Shown here one piece after another: positions 1 to 9,669 of a stretch of DNA of 64,000 nucleotides. The translations under genes and the position numbers were made by a program. Below the pieces are notes generated by a model. The model worked only from the letters and a program-made list of their open reading frames with translations. It was not told where the DNA came from and did no database searches. The DNA is from an uncultured delta proteobacterium. Its GTDB lineage: Bacteria; Myxococcota_A; Polyangia; Polyangiales; Polyangiaceae. Position 1 is the first letter of the stretch, and each line of letters opens with the position of its first letter. The stretch is from positions 256,001 through 320,000 of the forward strand of contig CAWKKR010000005.1 in assembly GCA_963850305.1 (NCBI GenBank), in the 5' to 3' direction.

Positions 1-256
1 TCTGGGGATCGAATCCGTGCAATCCGCTGGAATCGCCCAGAACAAGAGTGTCGGGTGGACGCTTCAGTGCCAGGGCCATCTTCCATTTTGTGCGGATAAC
101 CGCGTATCCGAAGTTTGGCGTGTGAGCGTTCAGGTACCGGCGCGCGAGCGCGTTCCCCAGCACGAAAAGCAAGACGCAGCCGCCGATGAATTTCGACACG
201 TCCGCCCAGCGGCTCTTTCGGATCGGTTCCCGGGGCAGCACAAGTTCTCTGCTCAT
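1..256 (-). CDS. SGNH/GDSL-like membrane-anchored protein, partner of the MBOAT acyltransferase (runs off the window edge)
   Basis: Own translation from ATG at 256: MSRELVLPREPIRKSRWADVSKFIGGCVLLFVLGNALARRYL...PPDTLVLGDSSGLHGFDP; one TM segment then a GDS motif; starts 8 nt after the MBOAT stop. Confidence 0.7.
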   Translation of the reverse strand, partial: MSRELVLPREPIRKSRWADVSKFIGGCVLLFVLGNALARRYLNAHTPNFGYAVIRTKWKMALALKRPPDTLVLGDSSGLHGFDPQ

Positions 257-264
257 TTTGCGAA

Positions 265-1671
265 TTAGAACCTGAAGTAGATGAACTCAGTACGCCCGCG
301 GACGGCAAACAACGCGAGGCAGCCTACGATCCCGAGGTACACGGCCACTCTCTGAAGGGGGGGAGTGCGCAGGAGGATGAGTAGGTCGGAAGCCCTTTCC
401 TGGATGAACTCCACCAGGAGCAACGGCCCGAGCAGGCCGGCAAGAATAGCCGCGTTGCGCATCGAGTGAACGGATCTCGACAGAGAGAGGTGTCCGAATA
501 TGTGCAAGGCCTGCTCCAGTGAGTTCGAGCGGAAGAAGATCCAGCCGGCGGTGGTGAACGTAAACATCAGCGCGATGGCGCCGATCCGGCGAGTTCCAGT
601 GGTTTCAGGTAGGCGCGAGAGTGGCGTCACGCGGTACACGATGAGGAGCGCGCCGTGGAAGGCACCCCAGAAGACGAAGTTCCAGGAGGCGCCGTGCCAC
701 AGGCCGCCGAGCACCATCGTGAGGATCAGGTTCCGCATGGTGGCTCGGTTGCCGCCGCGGTTTCCCCCCAGGGGAATGTAAAGGTAGTCACGCAGCCATG
801 ACGACAGCGTAATGTGCCACCGCTGCCAGAACTCGCTGGGCCCGGCCGAGAAATACGGAAGTCTGAAATTGAGGGGCAGCTTGAACCCCATCAATCGGGC
901 GATCCCCCGCGCGATGTCGGAGTAACCAGAGAAATCGCAATAGATCTGGAACGAGTAGGCGAGGACACCGAGCGCGAGGTCAAGCCCCGCGCGTGACGCA
1001 TGAGGAACGAATGCGAAGTCCGCGATCTGGCCGAGATTATCGGCGATGACCATCTTTTTGAGGAGCCCCCAGCAAACGAGATGAACGCCTATCTCTATGT
1101 CGCCGGGGGTGATAGTCCGTCGGCGCGAAAGCTGAGGAAACATCTCGGACGATCGCTCGATCGGGCCAGCGATGAGCTGCGGAAAGAATGAGACATAGAG
1201 CAAGAATACAAGGGGATCGCGAGTGGGGGTCTGTCGCCCTCGGTACACGTCGACGGCGTACGAGATCTCCTTGAAGCTGTAAAACGACATGCCCACCGGC
1301 AGGGCGACATGGAAGATCGGAATGCTTCGCGCGGCGCCAACGAGCGTCAGCAAGTCGTCGAGTGACCGGGCGAAGAACCCGAGGTATTTGAATATCCCGA
1401 GCGCGGCGAGGCTCGCGGAAACCGCGACAATGACCAGCGCGTGGCGCTTGCGGGACCCGGACGGGGCGCGGTAGATCGCTTGCGCCAGTAAATACTGGGT
1501 GACGGTGGTTGCCGCGAGCAAGAAACAGAACCGGTAGTCCCAGTACCCGTAGAAGAAGTAGCTCGCGACGAGCAACACTGCATTCTGCGCGCGCGGGTGT
1601 GCGAGGAGCGACAAATAAAGCCCGTAGACAACGGTGAAGAACACCCAGAATGCAGACGAGTTGAAGAGCAT
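265..1671 (-). CDS. MBOAT family O-acyltransferase (AlgI/DltB-like)
   Basis: MLFNS start, LPVGMSFYSF, FFPQLIAGPIER, QIYCDFSGYSD, FWQRWHITLS, GLWHGASW and FIYFRF end; alternative start at 1722. Confidence 0.95.
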   Translation of the reverse strand: MLFNSSAFWVFFTVVYGLYLSLLAHPRAQNAVLLVASYFFYGYWDYRFCFLLAATTVTQYLLAQAIYRAPSGSRKRHALVIVAVSASLAALGIFKYLGFFARSLDDLLTLVGAARSIPIFHVALPVGMSFYSFKEISYAVDVYRGRQTPTRDPLVFLLYVSFFPQLIAGPIERSSEMFPQLSRRRTITPGDIEIGVHLVCWGLLKKMVIADNLGQIADFAFVPHASRAGLDLALGVLAYSFQIYCDFSGYSDIARGIARLMGFKLPLNFRLPYFSAGPSEFWQRWHITLSSWLRDYLYIPLGGNRGGNRATMRNLILTMVLGGLWHGASWNFVFWGAFHGALLIVYRVTPLSRLPETTGTRRIGAIALMFTFTTAGWIFFRSNSLEQALHIFGHLSLSRSVHSMRNAAILAGLLGPLLLVEFIQERASDLLILLRTPPLQRVAVYLGIVGCLALFAVRGRTEFIYFRF

Positions 1672-1732
1672 CCCAGGCGACCGTAGCCCGATCGCCGAAG
1701 AGTCGGGCAGGGAAAAGGACATCCCCGATCGT

Positions 1733-2184
1733 TTAGCGAACGAAGCCGAATCGCCGCACGAAGATGGCTCGCAGCGACGCGAAGCTCAGGGTCTGTCCGA
1801 CGAGAAACGCCTCCACGACCGTGAGCAGGACCCGATGCGGCGTCGCGATTCGCTGGCGGGGATTGTAGCCCGTGCCCTCGCGGAACTCGTCGATCGTCTC
1901 TGGCGTGAACGTACGATGTAGCTCGCGTTGAACAGCATCGGCTGCCGCGCTCACATCTGGACTCGATCCCACGCGTCGTGTAGCTCTCGTCTTCATCGGG
2001 CACCTTTCGTTGGTCGTGTCGCAACGAAACCAACGCCGGGAGCGCCCGAGTCATAGGACATTCGGGCGGGGTGAGCGCCGGAGAAGCGAGCGCGCCAAGA
2101 CGCGGAACCGTCATCTTGTCGCTGGCGAGTGGCGGATCCGCGGTTGACGCCGTTTGCAGCGACCCATTTTCCGGTTGACGCCAG
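1733..2184 (-). mobile_element. Truncated insertion-sequence remnant (IS4-like transposase N-terminus plus probable left end)
   Basis: ORF 1733-1996 (FTPETIDEFREGTGYNPRQR...VEAFLVGQTLSFASLRAIFVRRFGF) resembles the N-terminus of IS4-type transposases from memory and stops after 87 aa; direct repeat CGGTTGACGCC at 2141-2151 and 2172-2182 upstream. Confidence 0.55.
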
Positions 2185-2213
2185 CCCCGCCCTGCGCGAC
2201 TAGCACGGCCGCT

Positions 2214-3457
2214 ATGACTGTTCCGGAGCGCCCCTTCGCGAGCACGCCAGCGCCCCACGGGAGCCGCGCTCGAGTTCGAGTGCTACATGTCCTCCCATGG
2301 GTGATGATGGGCGGTGTCGAGAGGCGACGGGTGACACTCGCCCGGTTGCTCGGCGGTGACTTCGAGCAGCGGATCGCGTGCCTGTCGGCGTCCGGTGAGA
2401 TCTACCAGCAGCTCCTGGACGATCATGTTCAAGTCCATCAGCTTGGAACCGGCGGCGAGGGCATCGCCAATCCCCTGTTGCATCTGCGGCTGCACCGCCT
2501 CATCCGGCACTTTCGCCCCCAAATTCTGCACGGCGCCATCTTCGAGGGTATGACCTGGGGCGCGCTCGGCGGCCTCCTTCAACGGACGCCTGTTGTCTTG
2601 CTCGAGGAGACGTCGCATCCGAACGGCACTTCACCCGAGTCCATGCGCCGCTCACCGCGGGGCGATGCGGCGGTCCGGTTCTTTGCAAAACGGGTTTCCG
2701 GGGGGATTGTCGCCGTGGCTCCCCGGATCGGCGAGTACCTCATCCGGGAGGTTGGCGTCCCGAGCTCCCGCGGCACGTCATCCTGAATGGGATCCATCGT
2801 TTCGATGTCGCAAGTCCGGAGGCCGTCCGCGCGGAACGACAGCGTCTCGGATTTCCGGAGGGTACCTTCGTCTTGGGGGCGGTGGGGCGCATCCATGAGG
2901 AACACAAGCGATTCGGAGACCTGCTCGAAGCCGTGAAACGGCTCCGAGAGGCGCATCCAGTGCGCGCCATCATCGTGGGTGACGGTCCGGATCTTCCGGC
3001 GCTGAAAGACCGTGCGCGCTTTCTTGGCGTCGACACACACGTAGTGTTCGCGGGCCGGCGCGAGGACAGGGAGCTATTCTTCGGCCTGATGGATGCGTTC
3101 GTCCTGAGCTCTGCCACGGAAGCGGCACCCCTCGCCCTGATGGAAGCGATGATGGCCGGCTTACCCGCCGTCGCCACTACCGTGGGCGGAGTCGAGGACA
3201 TCGCGATCGATCGTGAGACCGCGCTCCTCGTCCCGCCGAACGACGTCGAGCGTTTGGCGGCCGCTATTGCCTCCTCGCGCCATCCGGTCTTGCGGCAGAG
3301 CATCGCAGCACGGGCGCGGGAGCACGCTGTCCAACACCTGTCGGCCGAGCGATACGCTGCGGACGTGCGGGCCCTCTACCTCTCCGAACTCGACCGAGCT
3401 GCTCGCGCGGACGGGGGTGAGGAAGGTAGCTCGACGACACAACGAGACCATCGCGGA
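2214..3457 (+). CDS. Glycosyltransferase family 4 (frameshifted near 2770-2870)
   Basis: RVLHVLPWVMMGGVE N-domain in ORF 2154-2786; GAVGRIHEEHKRF, IVGDGP, EAAPLALMEAMMAGLPAVATTVGG C-domain in ORF 2873-3634. Confidence 0.9.
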
Positions 3458-4394
3458 ATGGCGAAGCCAGATTTTCTCGTAATCGGAGCCCAGAAGTGCG
3501 GCACGACCGAGCTTTGCGCGTCGATCGCAGCTCATCCGCAAGTCTGCTTTTCGCGGCCCAAGGAGCTCTACTTCTTCTGTCGCGACGATATGGATGTTTT
3601 GCCGTATCCATTTTTCGAGCGAGAGTCGGAATGAGAGCGTTCGATTGGAACCGGAGATCCGTCGAACTTATCTCCGCTTACGAGCGACGATTCTCCAAGA
3701 CGGAGCGTCAACTTTGTGGAGAGGGCTCTCCATTCTATTTGCCGTCGTTGCGCGCGGCCACGAGGATCAACCAAACCTACCCCGAGGTGCGACTCATCGT
3801 GATTCTCCGAAACCCGACCGATCGGCATATTCGGCCTACTGGCACCACGTCAAGATGCGCCGCAGCACGCAGAGTTTCGAAAACCACTTGCGCTATGAAA
3901 ATGGCGGCACCTTGAGGTTTGGTCGCTATCGGGAGCAGCTGGAAGGGTACCTGAGGTTGTTTCGGAGGGAGCAACTGCACGTTGTCCTGTTCGAAGATTA
4001 CGTGCGCGATAGAGACCGGGTGCTGGCCGGCCTGTTTGGCTTCCTCGGGATTACGTCGCGCTCCGCGGGATCCGAATCCCGGGGCCGAAATGCGGCTCAA
4101 ATACCATGGTCCCCGGGAACCCAGCGGATCCTGAACGCACTGGAGCGCACCTACCCGAGTCATGGCGAAACCATCGAGTACAACCTGTCGGAGCCACGTG
4201 CATTATGGGAGGTGGCGACGAGCGGCGCGTTGCGCGCTCTCGGATCCATGAACCTGAGGGCCTCGAAGTACGTGCCCATGGGTGCCGAGATTCGTGCGAG
4301 ACTGGATGCCTACTACCAGCGGGAGAACGAGGGACTGGACGAGCTCATTGGCATCGATGCGAGCCGAACTTGGGGTTGGCTGACTAGCTATTAG
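3458..4394 (+). CDS. PAPS-dependent sulfotransferase (two frameshifts, near 3630 and 3825)
   Basis: 5'-PSB motif PDFLVIGAQKCGTT, KELYFF, GEGSPFY and 3'-PB motif LIVILRNPTDR-AYSAY distributed over three consecutive frames. Confidence 0.9.
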
Positions 4395-5740
4395 CACTGG
4401 CGGAGAGCGCGGGGAGAGCGCGGGGCGGCACTTCTGGTGCGCGCTCAGCCTTTCGCTTGTCGCCGAGTGCGCACCAGTAGAGCTGGCCTTCACCGAAGTG
4501 GGCGGACGTACTTTAGCAAAACGCCGGGGATGCTTCAGGCCGGATCTCTGCCCGGGTGGCTGCGGCCCAAGCAGGTCGCGATACACGCCCATCGTTCGTT
4601 CGACGACCGAGTCGACGCCGAATCGCGACAGGGCGAAATCGCGACCGCGGAGCCCCCGCTCGGCGGCGTCTCGCGGATCGCTCAAGGCGGCTTCGAGCGC
4701 TGCTTCGAGGCTCCTCGAGTCCCGGGGTGGGACGAGCCATCCTGTATGCCCTTCGATGACCGTGTCCCGACAACCGGGTACGTTCGTCGTGACGCAGGGG
4801 CGTCCGACTGCGGCCGCTTCCGCTAAAGCGAGGGGCAGGCCTTCCCGGTAGGACGGGAGAACGACCGCGTGCGCTCGCGCATACGCGTCGGGCATCTCGT
4901 CGTGGCTGTAATCACCCCACCACTCGACGGCGCCGCTAGCGACCCATCGGTCCACCTGTGCTCTGTGATGGCCGCCGGGTTTCCCGGATTGAGGCGACCG
5001 AGTAGAACGAAACGCGCCCTCGGCCAGCGTTCCTTCAAGCGCGTCGCGGCCTCCACGAACTCGCCGACGCCTTTGTCCCAGAGCAGGCGCGCCGGTAAGA
5101 GAGCGACGAAGTCTCCCGCGGGTGTGGGTTGCAGCGTGAACTTGTCGAAATCCACCCCCGACCCGTTGATCAGGACGGTACGCTTGGGAGCCACGAGGTT
5201 CCGCGCGACGAACGTCGATCGATCGTCGTCATTCTGAAAGATGACCCTCGTCTGCTTTCCGTCGAGCGCCAGTCGATACGCGGCCCAGAGCGCCCGTCCG
5301 AGGAGACGGTGTGTCGGGTCGTCCTCGGCGCGCGGAATGAATGCGTAGCCGAGCCCGCTGACGGCGTTCACGATCCCCCTGACGCCGAGGGCTCGTGCCG
5401 CGAGCGAGCCGTAGATCACTGGCTTGATCGTCACGTGATGCACGACATCCGGTCGCTCCCGCAGATACACGCGCACTAGCTCGGCTACCGTTTCCAGTTC
5501 CTGAATCGGTCTCGTTCCGCCGCGGTGAATCGGCAGTGGATGGAACCGGAAGCCGGCATCCTCGATCCGCGACCGGGCATCCGTCTCCCCCGCGCAGACC
5601 GCGACGTCGAAGCCGGCGTCGCGACACGCGAGGGCAAGCGGGAGGCGATGAGAGACGAAGAACCAGTCCGCATTGACCACGAAGAGGAGCTTGTCGCGCC
5701 TCGGGCCATTGCCTGACCGACCCGGGGCCGGCTCGGTCAT
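4203..5740 (-). CDS. Glycosyltransferase family 4, CapM-like (frameshift near 4960; recognisable homology ends near 4570)
   Basis: LLFVVNADWFFVSHRLPLA, TIKPVIYG, FQNDDD, GSGVD, ARLLWDKGVGEF, then LPSYREGLPLALAEAAAVGRPCVTTNVPGC in ORF 4203-4955. Confidence 0.9.
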
Positions 5741-7095
5741 CGGAACTTCGCCACGGCCGCCGCGTGGGCAAGAGGGGGGCGACGGACGTCACGCCGGACG
5801 GCGAGAGCCGGTCGCGTCCGATCGCCGCGAGCGGCGGCGGCTCCGAACTCGCGCGAGTCGAGGATCAAGACGAGCCCCCAGAAAAAGGGGACGAGCGGAA
5901 CCCGATAGCGTGAAAGAGCTCCGAGGTTCGTCGTGGTGAGGCCGACGGCGATTCCGAAACCCAGCGTGAACAGCGTGAAGAACACCAGCATCGGCGATTC
6001 CGAGATGAGCCTCCAGGCTCCCCCGAAACCGCGGCGCGCGAGCGCCCGGATCGTCAGGAACAGGATCGCCGCCGTCTCGAGCGCATTGACGGCGACGAGG
6101 AAACTGTCCGCTTCGAAGAGAAACGGCCGGAACAGCGACGTCACGAGCGCGAGTGGCGCGAATGCAAGCTGACCCACGAGAGTGGTCTGTGTCGGATCGC
6201 CCATGGCGTACGTCGATCCGCCCCTTACGACCTGGCCCACTTCTTGTTGCGTGGCCGCCTGCTCGGCAAGATTGTCGAGCCCGTACTGCGGGAACAGCTG
6301 GCCGAGCACGACCACGCCCCCCGCCGCAAGGAGGCCGCCGAAGATCAAATGGCCCAGGCGCAAGGCGCGCCCCTTCGCCCGGCCGATGTCGAAGTAAAAC
6401 CAGACGGTGCCGGCAAGCACGAGTGGGAAGAGGATGTACGCCTTGATGAGCCCGATGATGAAGGCGCCGCCGAGGAGCTCCAAGAGCGGCATCACGCCAC
6501 CCTCGCGACGAGCCCGCACGAGACCGAGCAAGACGTAGCCGAGCCCCGACATGGCAATCCCCTCTTTGAGCAGCGCCGAGGTCCAGAACACCATCGACGG
6601 CACGAGCGTCGCCGCGAACAGCAGCCGGCGGTGGAGGACCGCAGGAAACGTGAGTGAAAAAGCCCGGTAGAGAGCGACGCCACCAAAATACGCGCCGAGG
6701 GCCACGAGCAGGCACAGGGTGTACGTGGATCCGGCGGTGAGGTAGCTCAGGAACCCCGCGAGGGCGATCATCGACCCCGTGGAAGAGCCGACGCCCGGGA
6801 CCTGAAAGGGGAGGGCTCCGGTGCCGTGAAGAAGGATCCGGAGGACTTCCGGCGCAAAATGTGAGAAGTCGACGCGGAGTAAGGCGGCCAGCGTCTCGCC
6901 GAGGTTGGTGTAGTTGAAGAGATCCCCTCCTCCATAAACGCTTCGGGTGAGCCACACCTGTAGAAATGCGGAGGAAACATGCGCGACGAAGCTCAGGATC
7001 AGGAGCGTCCGCTCCCAGGGGGCGAATTTTGACGCCTGGATCAGCGCCGCGAAGGCGCCGACAAGCACCAGAAGGAAGGGAACGATGCTGCTCAT
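5737..7095 (-). CDS. Polytopic membrane protein, candidate Wzy polysaccharide polymerase
   Basis: About 11 hydrophobic segments, PSMVFWTSALLKE and TNLGALSRYRVP motifs, located within a Wzc/WecA cluster. Confidence 0.6.
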   Translation of the reverse strand: MSSIVPFLLVLVGAFAALIQASKFAPWERTLLILSFVAHVSSAFLQVWLTRSVYGGGDLFNYTNLGETLAALLRVDFSHFAPEVLRILLHGTGALPFQVPGVGSSTGSMIALAGFLSYLTAGSTYTLCLLVALGAYFGGVALYRAFSLTFPAVLHRRLLFAATLVPSMVFWTSALLKEGIAMSGLGYVLLGLVRARREGGVMPLLELLGGAFIIGLIKAYILFPLVLAGTVWFYFDIGRAKGRALRLGHLIFGGLLAAGGVVVLGQLFPQYGLDNLAEQAATQQEVGQVVRGGSTYAMGDPTQTTLVGQLAFAPLALVTSLFRPFLFEADSFLVAVNALETAAILFLTIRALARRGFGGAWRLISESPMLVFFTLFTLGFGIAVGLTTTNLGALSRYRVPLVPFFWGLVLILDSREFGAAAARGDRTRPALAVRRDVRRPPLAHAAAVAKFR

Positions 7096-7317
7096 TTGGC
7101 GCTTGGGGGTACCCCACGTCCGATCCATTCAGCGGACGCGGGATTATCGAGGCTATCGCGGACCCGTGCGGACACAAATTCGATCGTGATCCACGAGTCA
7201 CCGAAACGCCACGCGGGCCCGAGCCGGCAGCTCGTAGGGGGTGGACTTCCGCGCCGCCTGGGTGAATGCTCGGCCCCGTCGGGGCATCCGTTGTGAGCAC
7301 GGCATGGGTTCTGGTTC

Positions 7318-8808
7318 ATGATGGGAGCACTTTTTGCTGGATTGGTGGCCATCTTCGTGGCCGCCCTGCTGACGCCGGTCGTGCGGCGTTTCGCGCTGGC
7401 TATAGGAGCGGTGGACATCCCCGGAGGCCGCAGGGTTCACGTGTCGGCGACCCCGCGTCTCGGTGGCGTTGCCATCGTCGTCGCGTACTCGGTTGCGATT
7501 CTCTTTAGTCTGAGCGTGGGACTGATCGGCAAGCTGATCTGGAGCTGGCCCGCTCTCTGGACGTTCCTTGGCGCCGGACTCCTCGTCGCCGGCACCGGTG
7601 CGATGGACGACGTGCGCGCGCTCGGCGCCAAGCGGAAGCTCTTCGTTCAGTGCGTGGCGGCTTCGTGCGCCTGGCTCGGAGGTGTCCGCATCGCTTCGGC
7701 CATTTTCGTTCCGGGACTCGGGCACGTGGTCATCGGGGGACCGGCCAGCTACCTCGCGACGGTGGTCTGGATCGTGGCCTTCATCAACGCCATCAACTTG
7801 ATCGACGGCCTCGACGGTCTGGCGGGCGGCGTCGTCTTCTTTGCCGCCGTGACGAACCTCGTCGTTGCCGTGGTCACGGGAAATGGGCTGGCCGCAGTAC
7901 TGAATGCGGCGCTCGGCGGGGCGGTGCTGGGCTTTTTATTTTACAACTTCAACCCGGCAACGATCTTCATGGGGGACACCGGCAGCATGTTCCTGGGCTA
8001 CGCGCTCGGCGCGGCCGCTCTCATGACGGGGCGTCAGAAGGAAAGCACGGTCGTTTCGTTGCTGGTCCCGGTCATCGCGCTCGGATTTCCGTTCACGGAT
8101 ACGTTGCTGGCGACCATCCGGCGGGTGATCGCGAGGCGATCGATCTTCGCGGCGGACCGCCAGCATCTGCATCACCGGTTGCTGGATCTCGGTCTGACGC
8201 ACCGCCGCGCCGTACTGCTGCTCTACGGCTGCAGTCTGTTTCTTTGTGCCGCCGCACTTGCCGTCGCGCTCGGACGGAACTGGCAGGTGGGAGCGGCCAT
8301 TACCGCTGCCGTGCTGTCGATGGTCGGCGTGACGCGTTTCGCCCGCCTGTTCGAGGTGATGCTCCTCAGGCGCCAGCAGCGGGCAACCTTGCTCAATGCG
8401 TCCGCAAGTGCGCTCCGCAGAGCGGTGCCGTCGATCGTGGTCACGACGGAGGCTGCCGGATCGCCGACCGCGGTCTGGGCGGCCCTCGAACGGCTACTCG
8501 TAGCCGGGCAGTTCGCCTACGCGGAGTACTGTCCGGCGGGAGAAGCCCCGGTTTGGAAATGGGACCGGCCCAATGATCGCCGGTGCGAAGGAAAGCTGCT
8601 CGAGAGCTCTTTCCCGATTCGAGTCTTCCCCGGTGTCGAGGAGGGTACACTTCGATTTGGCTGTATCTCGGACGAGCCGGATCTCGCCCCGCAGGTGGAG
8701 ATTCTCCTCCAGATTATCGCGGATGTCGTGGAGGGTGCCCTGGTTCGCATTCACGTAGAGTCGCCGACGAGCATGGTTCGCGCGGTTGCTACGGCGCAGA
8801 ATTCCTGA
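7318..8808 (+). CDS. wecA: Undecaprenyl-phosphate GlcNAc-1-phosphate transferase (WecA/TagO, MraY family) with C-terminal extension
   Basis: TPRLGG, GAMDD, NAINLIDGLDGLA, YNFNPATIFMGDTGS, ADRQHLHHRL. Confidence 0.9.
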   Translation: MMGALFAGLVAIFVAALLTPVVRRFALAIGAVDIPGGRRVHVSATPRLGGVAIVVAYSVAILFSLSVGLIGKLIWSWPALWTFLGAGLLVAGTGAMDDVRALGAKRKLFVQCVAASCAWLGGVRIASAIFVPGLGHVVIGGPASYLATVVWIVAFINAINLIDGLDGLAGGVVFFAAVTNLVVAVVTGNGLAAVLNAALGGAVLGFLFYNFNPATIFMGDTGSMFLGYALGAAALMTGRQKESTVVSLLVPVIALGFPFTDTLLATIRRVIARRSIFAADRQHLHHRLLDLGLTHRRAVLLLYGCSLFLCAAALAVALGRNWQVGAAITAAVLSMVGVTRFARLFEVMLLRRQQRATLLNASASALRRAVPSIVVTTEAAGSPTAVWAALERLLVAGQFAYAEYCPAGEAPVWKWDRPNDRRCEGKLLESSFPIRVFPGVEEGTLRFGCISDEPDLAPQVEILLQIIADVVEGALVRIHVESPTSMVRAVATAQNS

Positions 8809-8816
8809 CCCCGTCC

Positions 8817-9509
8817 ATGTTCAACGATACGTACAACGACCGTCTCTTTCGTGGAGGCGTGCGGCGGTTCTTGCACATGGGGCGCTTCGTTTGGCTGGCG
8901 CAGAGAGTCGCTCGGCTGGATCCGGAAGCCGAAACCGTCGTCGAACTCGGCTGCTACGACGGAAGGATTCTCGATCATCTTCGACGAAAGCCGCGTCGCT
9001 ACGTAGGCTACGACGCGAACTGGGAGGGCGGCCTGGACCTCGCGAGGGCGAAGTGGTCGGGTCACCCGGAGCGGGAATTTCGATTTGCCGAGTCCCCGGC
9101 GGACATCGATCTCCGCGAGCGTTTCGACATCGGCGTCTGCATGGAAACTCTGGAGCACATCCCCGACCCGATGGTGGACGGATATATCGACGCGCTCGCG
9201 ACCCTCGTCCGGAGTCGCCTGTACGTGACCATTCCGAACGAAAAGCACCTCCCGTTTCTCGCGAAGTATGTCTATCACGCGTTCGCCGGAGGAGGTCATC
9301 CGTACACGCCGGCGGAGGTCGTGAACGCGGCTCTCGGGAGATTGACTCGCGTCGCCCGCGACAACCACAAGGGCTTCGACTACGAAGCCATGGTCCGGAG
9401 GCTCGAGCGCCGGTTCGTGATCGAGAGCGTCGAGGGAGACAGGCGCCTGAGCCTGCCCGCTTCGGTAAGCATGGGCGTGTCGATCATCGCTCGCCCGCGG
9501 CCGTCATGA
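8817..9509 (+). CDS. Class I SAM-dependent methyltransferase
   Basis: VVELGCYDG motif I, YVGYD, FDIGVCMETLEHIP. Confidence 0.85.
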   Translation: MFNDTYNDRLFRGGVRRFLHMGRFVWLAQRVARLDPEAETVVELGCYDGRILDHLRRKPRRYVGYDANWEGGLDLARAKWSGHPEREFRFAESPADIDLRERFDIGVCMETLEHIPDPMVDGYIDALATLVRSRLYVTIPNEKHLPFLAKYVYHAFAGGGHPYTPAEVVNAALGRLTRVARDNHKGFDYEAMVRRLERRFVIESVEGDRRLSLPASVSMGVSIIARPRPS

Positions 9510-9669
9510 CCGTCCCGAAGGCGCGATCGTGCGAGCCAGCGAACCCTTGCGAGCGGGATTTTGGCCCGGTTTGTGTTGAGCGGAGCCGCGATTTCGTGCG
9601 AAAAGGCTTCGCGAGGCTGATCGGAGCTCGGACCGCGAAGATGGTCGTAACGCAAGCGGCATTCGGAAC

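Noticed and set aside
5789..7300. Long alternative-frame and antisense ORFs (for example 5789-7300, 13159-14577, 45029-47116)
   Set aside because: Arg/Pro/Gly-rich shadow ORFs overlapping well-supported genes, typical of high-GC DNA
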